Of a stretch of DNA of 64,000 nt, positions 1 to 9,650 are shown in pieces. A program made the position numbers and the translations under genes. The DNA comes from Candidatus Heimdallarchaeota archaeon (GTDB lineage: Archaea > Asgardarchaeota > Heimdallarchaeia > Heimdallarchaeales > Heimdallarchaeaceae): positions 128,001-192,000 of the forward strand of contig JAUVXV010000001.1 of the NCBI GenBank assembly GCA_030603365.1, given 5' to 3'. The notes under the pieces are model-generated. The model had not been told where the DNA came from. It saw only the letters and a list, made by a program, of their open reading frames with translations, and searched no databases. Position 1 is the first letter of the stretch. Every line of letters starts with the position of its first letter.

Positions 1-25
1 AAATATATGTAAATGATGAATCTTG

Positions 26-2503
26 TTATTCGTTGGATCTTCTTTCTTCTTCATATTTTTGTAGAAGCTGCCCAGCTTCATCAATTGTGCTTTTTATTTC
101 ATCTGGATAAAAGGAGTAGAACTGTTCAGCTAACTTGAACCATTTTCTCAATTCACTGAAAGGAATTTCAGTTTGATGAATTAGTAATTTAATTACGAAA
201 TATGGCATTTCACCGCCTTTTTGTGGTAGTTGCTCTCTCAAAGACCAAGCAGTTGTATAATCTTTTAGAGCATATTCAACATTCTCTAATTCTGCATGAA
301 ACTGTGCTCGATTATAATGCACTAATGCATTTTTATCATTTAAAACTAGTATTTTATTAAGCTCGTCAAATGCTTTTTCCTTTTCATCTAAACCCCAAAG
401 TGTAAGTCCCCTATTTAGAATTGCCTCTTCATTCTCTGGTTCTAATTCTATGACTTTTGTAAGTAAATCATGGGATTCTTTAAGTCTTCCCAGCCTTAAT
501 AATAGGGTTCCTTTGTTATTATAAGCTGTTGCATAGTTTGGATTTACTCTTATTGCACTATCATAATCTCTAAGTGCTCTGTTTGAATCTCCGCGTCTAG
601 TATATTCTAGTGCTCTATTATTATAAGGATCCACATATTCAGAATCTAGTTCAATTGCTTTATTGTAGTCTTCCAATGCTCTTTCATACTGTTCTAAATG
701 ATATAACACTCTACCTCTATTGTTGTATGCTATGGGGTCATTTTCATTAAGCTTAATTGCTTTATTATAATCATTTAAAGATTCAGCATGCTTTCCTGTA
801 TCATCTAATACTTTACCACGATTAATATAGGCTTTTGTGAAATTGGGGTCTATTTCTAACGCCTTATTGAAATCATTAAATGCATCATCGTATCTTTTTA
901 GATTTGAATAAACAATGCCTCTGTTGTTGTATGTGCTTGCGTTATTTGGATTTAGTGCAATTGCATTATCACACAATCGTAAAGCTGTTTCCCAATCACC
1001 AGTTCTTATATAAATAACTGATTTATTATTGTAAGGATCAGAGTTACTTGCATCGAGTTCTATAGCTTTATCATAATCTTCAATTGCTGAAGAAATGTTT
1101 CCAGTTTTTTGGTTTGCATTTCCTCTATTGTTGTAAATCCCTGAATTATTAGGATCTAAATCTATTCCTAAATTGTAATCTTCTATTGCTTTGTCAAAAT
1201 CCCCAAGCTTTTCGTATACATATCCTCTGTTGGAATAATAGTATGGAATACCGTCCTCTAAACCTATAGCTTTAGAAAGAACCTCAAGTGCCTTTTCATC
1301 AAAATTCAGTTTTAAGTAAGTAGCTGCCAATGAATTCAAATAATTTGATGATTCTTCTTTCTCAAAAAAAGACACCATAAAATTGAGATCCTCTATTAGA
1401 ACTTGTTTTTCTTCAGGATAATCCCATATTACTCTTTGCAAATAGATTTCAGGTATGATGATTTTTTCATCTTTAACTCTGTAGAAATCAGCAAGTTTTA
1501 GGTCAGTATAAATCTCTCTCCATTGATTTCCAACGGAAAAATGCTCTCTTGCAACTGTAGATAACAAAAGAACTGGAGGATTAAATATATTGGATATAAC
1601 AAAAATCTTTATTGCTTTAAGGAAATTTTTCTGTTTAGAATTCAAATTGTTATATTTCTTCTTTTTTGATACAGTGTCAAATACCAAATCACCAGGTTCT
1701 CCACTGTAATTGTCAATTTCAGTTTTTATTTCTAATAAGTCAGCTAGAATTCTCCATTCTGTTTTTGTTAATTCTGGTATCTCTACTCTATAAGGAAATA
1801 GTTTTTCGATATCGTCTCTTTCATCTAGAAATGCGTCTCTTCTAGCAATTGTTTTACCAGCAAGAAACCACTCTTCTGATTGGCAAGTACATATTAATTG
1901 GATATGACTAGAAATTTTCCTGTATTTCTGAATTACAGCATTTAAACTTGTACCTTCATTCAGAAGTTTTACCGTTATTTTATCTATATCATCAAATAAA
2001 AGAATGATGAAATTCCATTTCTTCATGAAGAAGTTGCGATAGGTTTTTTGATTGAAATCACTATCTTTATTCAATAAAATCAGTTTCGCTTTTTGAAAGC
2101 ATTTTGTTGTATTATCAACTTTCGCTTTATCTATTACTAATTTGCGAATAACTTCAATAGATGTTCTTGTTTTACCTCTAGCAATTGGAGCAACTACTCT
2201 AACATCATTTCCTCTTTTAAGTCTAGAGTATAATTCTCTCTCTCTTTTGTCAATAGAGACATATCTGGAATCCCATTTATCGAAAAACAAGCTAGACAGT
2301 TTTCTTCTGATTCTTTTCTTCTTATCTATTTTCTTCTTGAGATATTTTGTTTTCAAAAAAATACCATTGTTTTTAAATTTAATATAGTTTAAAATGCTTT
2401 TAGTAGGTATTGCTAATAATGGTGTAAAAATAGCACCTAAAATCGATCCTATTATGGTTGATGTCCAGTCTCCCATTCTTGTATCCCTGATTTTGTTATT
2501 CAT
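26..2503 (-). CDS. Membrane-anchored P-loop NTPase-like domain plus ~10-11 TPR repeats
   Basis: N-terminal hydrophobic helix; Walker A-like APIARGKT; Walker B-like ILLFDD; repeated 34-aa units of type YNNRG...A..DY.KAI.LDP. Confidence 0.85.
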   Translation of the reverse strand: MNNKIRDTRMGDWTSTIIGSILGAIFTPLLAIPTKSILNYIKFKNNGIFLKTKYLKKKIDKKKRIRRKLSSLFFDKWDSRYVSIDKRERELYSRLKRGNDVRVVAPIARGKTRTSIEVIRKLVIDKAKVDNTTKCFQKAKLILLNKDSDFNQKTYRNFFMKKWNFIILLFDDIDKITVKLLNEGTSLNAVIQKYRKISSHIQLICTCQSEEWFLAGKTIARRDAFLDERDDIEKLFPYRVEIPELTKTEWRILADLLEIKTEIDNYSGEPGDLVFDTVSKKKKYNNLNSKQKNFLKAIKIFVISNIFNPPVLLLSTVAREHFSVGNQWREIYTDLKLADFYRVKDEKIIIPEIYLQRVIWDYPEEKQVLIEDLNFMVSFFEKEESSNYLNSLAATYLKLNFDEKALEVLSKAIGLEDGIPYYYSNRGYVYEKLGDFDKAIEDYNLGIDLDPNNSGIYNNRGNANQKTGNISSAIEDYDKAIELDASNSDPYNNKSVIYIRTGDWETALRLCDNAIALNPNNASTYNNRGIVYSNLKRYDDAFNDFNKALEIDPNFTKAYINRGKVLDDTGKHAESLNDYNKAIKLNENDPIAYNNRGRVLYHLEQYERALEDYNKAIELDSEYVDPYNNRALEYTRRGDSNRALRDYDSAIRVNPNYATAYNNKGTLLLRLGRLKESHDLLTKVIELEPENEEAILNRGLTLWGLDEKEKAFDELNKILVLNDKNALVHYNRAQFHAELENVEYALKDYTTAWSLREQLPQKGGEMPYFVIKLLIHQTEIPFSELRKWFKLAEQFYSFYPDEIKSTIDEAGQLLQKYEEERRSNE

Positions 2504-2651
2504 ATAATGTTATGGTTTTTTCTTTTAAATATATAGCTTTCAATTCTGCTTTTAGGTTGTCTAAGTATCAATAGAACTTAGTTTGTTTCTATCATAACGA
2601 GAAAAAACTGATTTAAAACAGCACCCTCTATCCTTTCTATACGTATAAGGT

Positions 2652-2698
2652 GGCCGTAGAGGCCGCAAAATGTAAAATCTACATTTTTCACTTTTTTT
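2652..2698 (+). repeat. Degenerate dispersed intergenic repeat, copy 1
   Basis: GGCCGTAGAGGCCGCAAAATGTAAAATCTACATTTTTCACTTTTTTT aligns by eye with 5722-5771. Confidence 0.55.
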
Positions 2699-2761
2699 AT
2701 TTTTTATAGAGTATTATAGGTATCAGTTTTACTTAAAAGCAATGGAAGTGTATACTTCTAT

Positions 2762-3685
2762 ATGTTTGATCAACCAACAAGATTGGATGTTCTAAAAAAA
2801 CTACAAGATTTACAATACCCTTATACTATAGAAAAGATGCTCCAAGAACGTAATGAAAGAATTCAATATTCAAAAAAATATAAGGGACCTTCCGCTAGGC
2901 ATCATTGTTATGAGAGAATAGAAAAATACGAAAAAAATATTGAACTACTAAAAAATATTAGAAACAAGTTCAAAGGAAAAGAAATGCTTTCAATAGCTTT
3001 CTCAGCAAATGAGACCGAAGAGGAGATTTTAAAGAAAGTAAAAAAAATCAAAAAAAGCAGCGGTTCAGAGGAGTCAACGGTTAAAGCAAACGTTTTTCTT
3101 GATAAAAAGAAGAAGACAATTATAAAAAGAGCCTTTGAAATTTCTCTCTATTTCTCCCAAGGGTATGAGATGTACAAAACATCAATTGATATGAATATCA
3201 GTTCTAGTCCGATTATCGAGTATTATGCAATTTTACAAATTATTAAAGCAATTATTCTTCTTGAACTTGATGTAGATTCACACGAATTTTTCGGTGCTCA
3301 TGGATTGGAAAGAAAGAAAAGCAAAGATGGCGGTTCTATATTGCAAGTGAAAACAAAAACCTTTGGAGTTTTTGCATCTTTACTGCTTCGGACTTGTGGT
3401 TTCTCATTTAAAAAAGATGGATCAAAAGAATACGAGCTAGATAAATATTATAATAATTATTATCCTAAATTTGAGGACTTAATTGATAAAGAATCGCTAT
3501 ATCTTAGCACACCTGAAGCATTTATCTTTATATGGATTTTATCAGAAATAGCCAGATACCAACCTGAGAAGTGGAAGGAAATTTGCTCTGGTAGAGACAA
3601 TGACTGGATTAAAACTATAAACAATTTCAGAGAAGAAGGTATTCCCAAATTTTTCTTTGATTTGTTAAACTTTTATTGTAATTAG
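2762..3685 (+). CDS. YaaC-like family protein
   Basis: Motifs PIIEYYAILQIIKA, HGL and LSEIARYQPEKW resemble the YaaC family. Confidence 0.65.
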   Translation: MFDQPTRLDVLKKLQDLQYPYTIEKMLQERNERIQYSKKYKGPSARHHCYERIEKYEKNIELLKNIRNKFKGKEMLSIAFSANETEEEILKKVKKIKKSSGSEESTVKANVFLDKKKKTIIKRAFEISLYFSQGYEMYKTSIDMNISSSPIIEYYAILQIIKAIILLELDVDSHEFFGAHGLERKKSKDGGSILQVKTKTFGVFASLLLRTCGFSFKKDGSKEYELDKYYNNYYPKFEDLIDKESLYLSTPEAFIFIWILSEIARYQPEKWKEICSGRDNDWIKTINNFREEGIPKFFFDLLNFYCN

Positions 3686-3760
3686 ATGAATATGTAATTT
3701 GCTTTGATCATATCCATTAGTAAAGGAATCCAAATTTAATTTCTAAATTTCTTAGATTTG

Positions 3761-4966
3761 TTAATTGTGCTTTCCTTCCACAATGTTGCTTAAATAATCT
3801 GAAATTTGCAATTTATCTTCAGAAGTGAAACTATAGTCTGTGATTTCTAAAAAGAAGTTACACATGTTCTCACTGAAATCTAATGGCTTTGAAAATGGAT
3901 AATCAGAGAGAATATATTTAACCATTTGAGGAGTAATATCAGCGAATCTCTTATCTTTCAAACAAGCAATGATAAAATCCTCAATATTCTTTGCAATTGA
4001 ATTATGGACTTTTTTAACTTTTATCAATTCAATTAGTGCATTATAGAGTCTAACAAATATGCTCAACTCTTCTGATACAATGTAAGGTTTAATTGGAAGA
4101 AATTTTTTCGTTTTATTTTCCTTCTTACCCTTTCCCTCATTCAACAATAAATTCACAATATCTGCTTCTATTTTTAAAGTTGTTTCGTACATTGGTGCAA
4201 ATTGCTTAACTAAGTTATAGAGAAATGAGATCGCTGTCCAATATTTGGCGATAAACTCACCAATTGAAAGTTTTAGCTTATAATTTCTTGACTTGAAGAA
4301 TATTGTACTTTTTGTATAATTTATGTCTAATTCATCATGTTCCAAATCATGATCTATTGCATTTCTTATAACAGGTTTCAAGTATCTCAGATACTCAGGT
4401 ATTGGAGACTGTTTCCAAGCTTCTTTGAAAAATTCAATTAACTTAAAATTACTAATATCCTTGGCTTTTGGATTTTCTTTTATTATCTTATCTAGAACTG
4501 GATTTGTACCAGTAGAGTATCTTTTGATATATTTAGCATAAAGGTTTCTAAGCATCTTATTTACTAGAAATTCAAAATAATCTTTGTAGAAATTGAGGAA
4601 TATTCTTAGCGCCTTGGGTTCAATATCAGTAAAGAGTTTCTTGAAAGGAACAGTCTTTTTTTTATTTTTCTCCTTTTTGTATGAAGGTAAGGACATAATG
4701 TATAATAAATCCCTCATTTTCTCTACATTGCTTTCAATATCTCCTGTTAAATCTCTTGGATCAATATTCTCAACTCCAGAACCCAGTATTTTTTCTATAT
4801 TTCTTTGGAAAAGAGGGGGTGGTGTATAATTCAATCTTTTAAACTCATCAATTATGAATGCAACACTATGAAAGAATTTTTCCAATTCCTCGTCTCGCCA
4901 AATGTCAATTTGCTCAGCTGGAACTCCCTCAAACCTTGAAAATGAAATTTCATATTGTGTTTCCAA
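3761..4966 (-). CDS. Hypothetical protein with HEPN-like RxxxxH motif (start uncertain)
   Basis: 401-aa helical ORF containing IRNAIDH; TTG start. Confidence 0.55.
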   Translation of the reverse strand: METQYEISFSRFEGVPAEQIDIWRDEELEKFFHSVAFIIDEFKRLNYTPPPLFQRNIEKILGSGVENIDPRDLTGDIESNVEKMRDLLYIMSLPSYKKEKNKKKTVPFKKLFTDIEPKALRIFLNFYKDYFEFLVNKMLRNLYAKYIKRYSTGTNPVLDKIIKENPKAKDISNFKLIEFFKEAWKQSPIPEYLRYLKPVIRNAIDHDLEHDELDINYTKSTIFFKSRNYKLKLSIGEFIAKYWTAISFLYNLVKQFAPMYETTLKIEADIVNLLLNEGKGKKENKTKKFLPIKPYIVSEELSIFVRLYNALIELIKVKKVHNSIAKNIEDFIIACLKDKRFADITPQMVKYILSDYPFSKPLDFSENMCNFFLEITDYSFTSEDKLQISDYLSNIVEGKHN

Positions 4967-5161
4967 GCTGAATCTATCTTTATCGATTCTACGTAAGTTT
5001 CCAGGAGTGCATACTGTGAGGGAATAGAGATAATCCTAGTCTGTTTGTTTACTTTTTGTTGCATTTTTAGTGACACTAACTATTTATTTAAAATTAAAAC
5101 TAAATAAACAATTTGTAGAATTTAATAATATTCCATTATACTATACATTAAGTGAATAGAA

Positions 5162-5193
5162 CGTAGAACGCAATTTTACATTTTACATTTTTC
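5162..5193 (+). repeat. Degenerate dispersed intergenic repeat, partial copy 2
   Basis: CGTAGAACGCAA...TACATTTTTCA resembles copy 1. Confidence 0.35.
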
Positions 5194-5256
5194 ATTTTTC
5201 ATTTTTCTTTTGATTTGGTATTATTCTTATATATTGAAATAATCTACCATTTCTCA

Positions 5257-5706
5257 ATGAATCTTGAAATCGATCTTTCTAAGCTCAATTACACATTCCA
5301 TCACAAACCTTTGCTTATAGGTGGAAAAGCTATGGAGTATTATGAACTCCGTAAAGCTGGTAGTGACATTGACTTAGTTTTAGCTCTTGAAGACTATGAA
5401 GGATTAAAAGAGATTTACCCAGAACCAGAGTATCATAGAGATTTATTTGGTGATCTTGGAGTTATAGTTCATGAATTCGAGCTTTGGAAATGTATATGTC
5501 TATTCAATTATGAATTTTTATCCGAGAAAGCAATAGAGAAGGAAGAATATTTAATCGTTTCACTGGAGAAATTACTCTTCTTGAAAGCTTTAGCAATGAA
5601 AGAAGAAAAATATCATAAGGATTTAGAACTTATAGTACAGAAAATCTTGAAAATTCAATATGAAACGGAACTGGATGAGAAATATAAGAAAGACTTGAAA
5701 ATGTAA
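5257..5706 (+). CDS. Minimal nucleotidyltransferase (pol-beta superfamily)
   Basis: LIGGKAM...SDIDLV signature; ATG at 5257 preferred over TTG at 5215. Confidence 0.75.
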   Translation: MNLEIDLSKLNYTFHHKPLLIGGKAMEYYELRKAGSDIDLVLALEDYEGLKEIYPEPEYHRDLFGDLGVIVHEFELWKCICLFNYEFLSEKAIEKEEYLIVSLEKLLFLKALAMKEEKYHKDLELIVQKILKIQYETELDEKYKKDLKM

Positions 5707-5721
5707 ATGCATAAGACAAGC

Positions 5722-5771
5722 GGTTGTAAATGCCGTAGGATGTAGGTTTTCTACAATTTCACTCTTTTTTT
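5722..5771 (+). repeat. Degenerate dispersed intergenic repeat, copy 3 (TGTAG/CTACA hairpin plus T-tract, terminator-like)
   Basis: GGTTGTAAATGCCGTAGGATGTAGGTTTTCTACAATTTCACTCTTTTTTT. Confidence 0.55.
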
Positions 5772-5831
5772 ACTATTAATCATCCCAAAGTTTTTTCTAA
5801 TAGCACTCTTTTCACCTTTTAGGTACCTTCA

Positions 5832-6668
5832 ATGTCTATTGAGAAAATCAAAGAGAATATTTATGCTATAACTGATGGTAGCACTCGAGGCAATGTTGTT
5901 GCATATGTTCTACCTAGTCAGATAGTTTTTGTTGATTCCGGTATGCATATCCCTCTAATAAAGAAATTTAGAGAGCATATTGAGCGAGAAACAGGAAAGA
6001 AAGCTTCTGTTCTCTTTATAACTCACGCTCACGGAGATCATGTTTTCGGTAATCAGATCTTTGAAGATTGTGAAATCATCACTTCTGAGTTAACCCATGA
6101 AGCAATGGTTGATTCACAGAAGAATAATTGGACTCCAGAAGCTTTAGAAGATTGGAAAAAGAATTCAGAAGACCCTTTAGCTTTGGATGGATTAAAGATC
6201 GTTCTTTCTAACAAAACATTTGCAGATGAATATGAGTTAGTAGATGGAGATGTAAAAATTATCGCAAAGAGAACAGGAGGACATACAGAGGGATCTAGTT
6301 ATGTTTACTGTCCCAATTACAAAGTATTATTTGCGGGAGATAACTTATTTAACAAACAGTTTCCTTGGGGTGGGCCACCTTCTGCTAACCCAATTAAGTG
6401 GATAGCTGCACTAAAGGAATATCTCTCTCTTGATGTGGAACATTATATCCCTGGTCACGGTCAAATTTCTGATGAAGAACCGATAGAGGAATTTCTAGAT
6501 TATCTTGAAGAAGTCACATCACTTATGAAAGAGCAAATAGCGACCGGAAAAACAGAAGATGAAATTCTCAAATATGCTGAAAAGATTGAATATTATCCCC
6601 CTCGAGAAGGAAGAGAACAGTGGAAAATTGCTACTTTAAAGAAATGGTATGAAGTCATTGTTAATTAG
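5832..6668 (+). CDS. MBL-fold metallo-hydrolase (cyclase/glyoxalase II-like)
   Basis: THAHGDH, GGHT, AGD and PGHG motifs. Confidence 0.9.
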   Translation: MSIEKIKENIYAITDGSTRGNVVAYVLPSQIVFVDSGMHIPLIKKFREHIERETGKKASVLFITHAHGDHVFGNQIFEDCEIITSELTHEAMVDSQKNNWTPEALEDWKKNSEDPLALDGLKIVLSNKTFADEYELVDGDVKIIAKRTGGHTEGSSYVYCPNYKVLFAGDNLFNKQFPWGGPPSANPIKWIAALKEYLSLDVEHYIPGHGQISDEEPIEEFLDYLEEVTSLMKEQIATGKTEDEILKYAEKIEYYPPREGREQWKIATLKKWYEVIVN

Positions 6669-6740
6669 TTTCTTTTTCCTTTGTTTTTCTTCTTCATTTT
6701 TTAAGATTAATTTATTAATAAAAAAAATTATGTTCAGACA

Positions 6741-7763
6741 ATGAGTAGAGAAAATAAAAGATTCGATTTAGTTGGTTTAGGTTCTTGTACCATGGATATG
6801 ATTTTTTCAGTAGAAGACGTAAGAGAAGTGGAACTTAATGGTAAAAATCATGATGAAAAGAAGTTTATCGCAATCGAATATTCTTCAAAATTAAATGTAA
6901 AAACAGTGAAATTCTTCCCAGGAGGTTCAGCAGCGAATGTAGCTTGTAATTTGTCACATATTGGGTTAAAAACAGCATTCATAGGAGGAGTTGGAGATGA
7001 TATGAATGGAAGAGCTTGTTTGGATGATATGGAGAATCACGGCGTAGATGTTTCTGGAGTAAAGATCTTTAATGATGATACTACAGCGATATCCGTTATT
7101 CTTCTGACACCCTGGGGAAAAGATAGATCTATTTTAGCCTACAAAGGAGCAAATAACCTTTATTCGAAAGAACATATACCTGAACAGATGTTACTCTCCT
7201 CAAAGTGCTTCATCTGGACTTCTTTGACCTCTGATAACGGTTTAGAAGCAATTGAAAGGTGTATCAATCTCTCAAAATCAGTAGATGGACTAATAGCGGG
7301 AGCTCCATCTATTTCCATAATCAAAAATCGATTGGATGAAACTATTGAGCTCATGAAACTCTGTGATATAACAAGTATGAATGAAGAAGAACTCGTAGCT
7401 CTTACTGGAGAAAAAGATATCATCAAAGGAATGAAGTTTCTATTCGGTTGGGGTCTTAAAATTGTGAATATAACTTTTGGTAAAGAGGGTCAATGGCTGA
7501 GTAATGGTAAAATCATTATCAAAACAACCCCTCCTAGAACTTTCCTTGAAGATACTACTGGAGCTGGAGACGCAACAATGAGTGGAATAATCTTTGGAAT
7601 GCTCCTGGAAAAATCGTTACAAGAAACCTCTCAAATCGCAGCCGCATTAAGTGCTATGGAAATTGAAGCTACAGGTGTAAGAGTAGGAACACCAATTCAA
7701 CTCTCTGAACTTGAGGATTTTATGAAGAACCATGAAATTATACAAGAAACTGTTGATTTCTAG
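6741..7763 (+). CDS. PfkB/ribokinase-family carbohydrate kinase
   Basis: PGGSAANVA and DTTGAGD motifs. Confidence 0.92.
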   Translation: MSRENKRFDLVGLGSCTMDMIFSVEDVREVELNGKNHDEKKFIAIEYSSKLNVKTVKFFPGGSAANVACNLSHIGLKTAFIGGVGDDMNGRACLDDMENHGVDVSGVKIFNDDTTAISVILLTPWGKDRSILAYKGANNLYSKEHIPEQMLLSSKCFIWTSLTSDNGLEAIERCINLSKSVDGLIAGAPSISIIKNRLDETIELMKLCDITSMNEEELVALTGEKDIIKGMKFLFGWGLKIVNITFGKEGQWLSNGKIIIKTTPPRTFLEDTTGAGDATMSGIIFGMLLEKSLQETSQIAAALSAMEIEATGVRVGTPIQLSELEDFMKNHEIIQETVDF

Positions 7764-7801
7764 AAAAAACTTAAAGTGATAATTTTACCTTTTGTATTTA
7801 T

Positions 7802-8497
7802 ATGAATACTTCAGATCTTCCTCTAAATGATTTACCAAAGAACTGTATCGCTGATAAAGATTCAAATTGTGTTGAATGTGAGATTGATGGAGAACTGATT
7901 TGTTTTGTAGATAAGAAATTTGCAAATAGATTTACAATAGGTAATATTATCTATCGTGTATTGGCAATTGCAATTTTCATATTCTCAGGTCTTATGATAG
8001 GACATTGGTGGATGCTAATCTTATATGTAGTGGTTGTTATACTAACCTTTACAGTTATAGAACCACGTTTATTGTGTAGTCATTGTCCATTTTATGAAAA
8101 GGAAGGAAAATGTCTCAAATGTTGGGCACTTAGGGGAATGCCAAAATTATGGAAGTATAGACCAGAGCCAATAAGTAAATCGGAGAAAATTCTTATGTTG
8201 ATTTTTGGTAGTTTCATCGATCTATTCCCTTTTGTGGGAGCAGTATGGGGTATAATCTTTTTTGGCTTAAACTATAATGACTACCTATTTGCTGGGATAG
8301 CGATTGTGATTAGTACTTTTCTTTTTATGGTGGTGGCAGGATATTTCTCAAGAATTCTTCTTGGTAATGCGTGTAAAAAGTGTGCTAATTTCTCTTGTTC
8401 AATGAACAAAGTTCCAAAAGAATTAGTTGACAAATTCTTAGAAAAAAATCCTAAAATGAAAGAAGCTTGGATTGCTTGTGGGTGGCAAATAGACTAG
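7802..8497 (+). CDS. Cys-rich integral membrane protein (4 TM)
   Basis: Hydrophobic hairpins with CSHCPFY, CLKC and CKKCANFSC clusters. Confidence 0.7.
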   Translation: MNTSDLPLNDLPKNCIADKDSNCVECEIDGELICFVDKKFANRFTIGNIIYRVLAIAIFIFSGLMIGHWWMLILYVVVVILTFTVIEPRLLCSHCPFYEKEGKCLKCWALRGMPKLWKYRPEPISKSEKILMLIFGSFIDLFPFVGAVWGIIFFGLNYNDYLFAGIAIVISTFLFMVVAGYFSRILLGNACKKCANFSCSMNKVPKELVDKFLEKNPKMKEAWIACGWQID

Positions 8498-8592
8498 ATT
8501 CAATCTTTTAATCGCTTTTCTCAATCTTTTTAAGGAAATATAAAAATCTCATTTTAGTATTAACATCTACTTTCAATAATCAGTTGATTCAT

Positions 8593-9567
8593 ATGGATTC
8601 CCAAGCAAAATTTGATTTAATTCAGCGCAATACAGAAGAGATTGTTACAGAAGAAGAAATGAAAACAATATTGGAAACAAAAACCAAACCTAATGTCTAT
8701 ACTGGTTACGAACCCAGCGGTCCTGTGCATATTGGACATGCCGTTACAGTAATGAAACTCAAAGATATGGAGACAGCAGGATTTCATGTTAAGATTCTGT
8801 TAGCAGATGTTCATGCTCTTCTAAATAAGAAAGGAACAGAGGAAGAGATTGCACAACAATGCGTTCTATGGGAAAAAGCTATGGTTGCCTTAGGATTAAA
8901 GAATCCAGAGATTGTTTTGGGAAGCGATTTTCAATATACAAAGGAGTATATCAGAGAATTGCACAAACTTGCTTTAAGAACATCAATAAAACGGGGGCTT
9001 CGTTCCATGCAAGAGGTTGCTAGAGATATTGAAAATGCTACAGTATCCCAAATGATATACCCTTTAATGCAAACTTTAGATATCAAATATCTTGAGTTAG
9101 ATGCTGCACAAGGTGGAATGGAACAAAGGAAAATCCACATGCTAGCTAGAGAACTATTCCCCTTGGAACTAGAACTTGCATCACCAACCTGTGTTCATAC
9201 ACCTCTAATTTCTGCATTGACAGGCCCAGGTTCGAAGATGTCTTCCTCAGTTCCTGAATCGATGATTTCTGTTACAGATTCTGAACAAGAAATCATGGGA
9301 AAGATGAAGGAAGCTTACTGTCCAGCAAAAATAGTAGAGGATAATCCTGTTCTACAAATTGCTAGATTGATTGTCTTTCCTAACATTCAATCTTTGAAGA
9401 TTGAAAGACCGGAGAAATTTGGTGGAGACATTCAATTCAGTGATTATCAAGAAGTTGAAAGAATTTATGGAGACGGTGGTTTGCATCCACTTGATTTAAA
9501 GAAAGCTGTAGCAAGAGAACTTTCAAATATTTTTGCTCCTGTGAAAACAGTATTTGAGGATCTATAG
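8593..9567 (+). CDS. tyrS: Tyrosine--tRNA ligase, archaeal type
   Basis: YTGYEPSG, HIGH, YPLMQ..D, GGMEQRKIH, KMSSS. Confidence 0.95.
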   Translation: MDSQAKFDLIQRNTEEIVTEEEMKTILETKTKPNVYTGYEPSGPVHIGHAVTVMKLKDMETAGFHVKILLADVHALLNKKGTEEEIAQQCVLWEKAMVALGLKNPEIVLGSDFQYTKEYIRELHKLALRTSIKRGLRSMQEVARDIENATVSQMIYPLMQTLDIKYLELDAAQGGMEQRKIHMLARELFPLELELASPTCVHTPLISALTGPGSKMSSSVPESMISVTDSEQEIMGKMKEAYCPAKIVEDNPVLQIARLIVFPNIQSLKIERPEKFGGDIQFSDYQEVERIYGDGGLHPLDLKKAVARELSNIFAPVKTVFEDL

Positions 9568-9650
9568 AAACTTTCTACTCTTGTTTATTTATTCAGTTTC
9601 AAACATGCCCCCAAAGTGTTTTTAAGTTGTAATTCTTCTTCTCTCTTAGT

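Noticed and set aside
300-1350. Periodic similarity (~102 bp) in the DNA
   Set aside because: Explained by TPR coding repeats; not a CRISPR array or a DNA-level repeat
4852-5076. 74-aa ORF overlapping the HEPN gene start; possible frameshift or amber readthrough
   Set aside because: The HEPN frame is open 23 codons upstream to a TAG, but has no start beyond it; no slippery site or Pyl genes seen. The start remains uncertain
5174-5207. Short tandem CATTTT(T) units
   Set aside because: Low-complexity microrepeat without spacers; not CRISPR
2504-5831. Integron attC sites
   Set aside because: No convincing RYYYAAC...GTTRRRY paired hairpins and no integrase seen; reported only as an unexplained repeat
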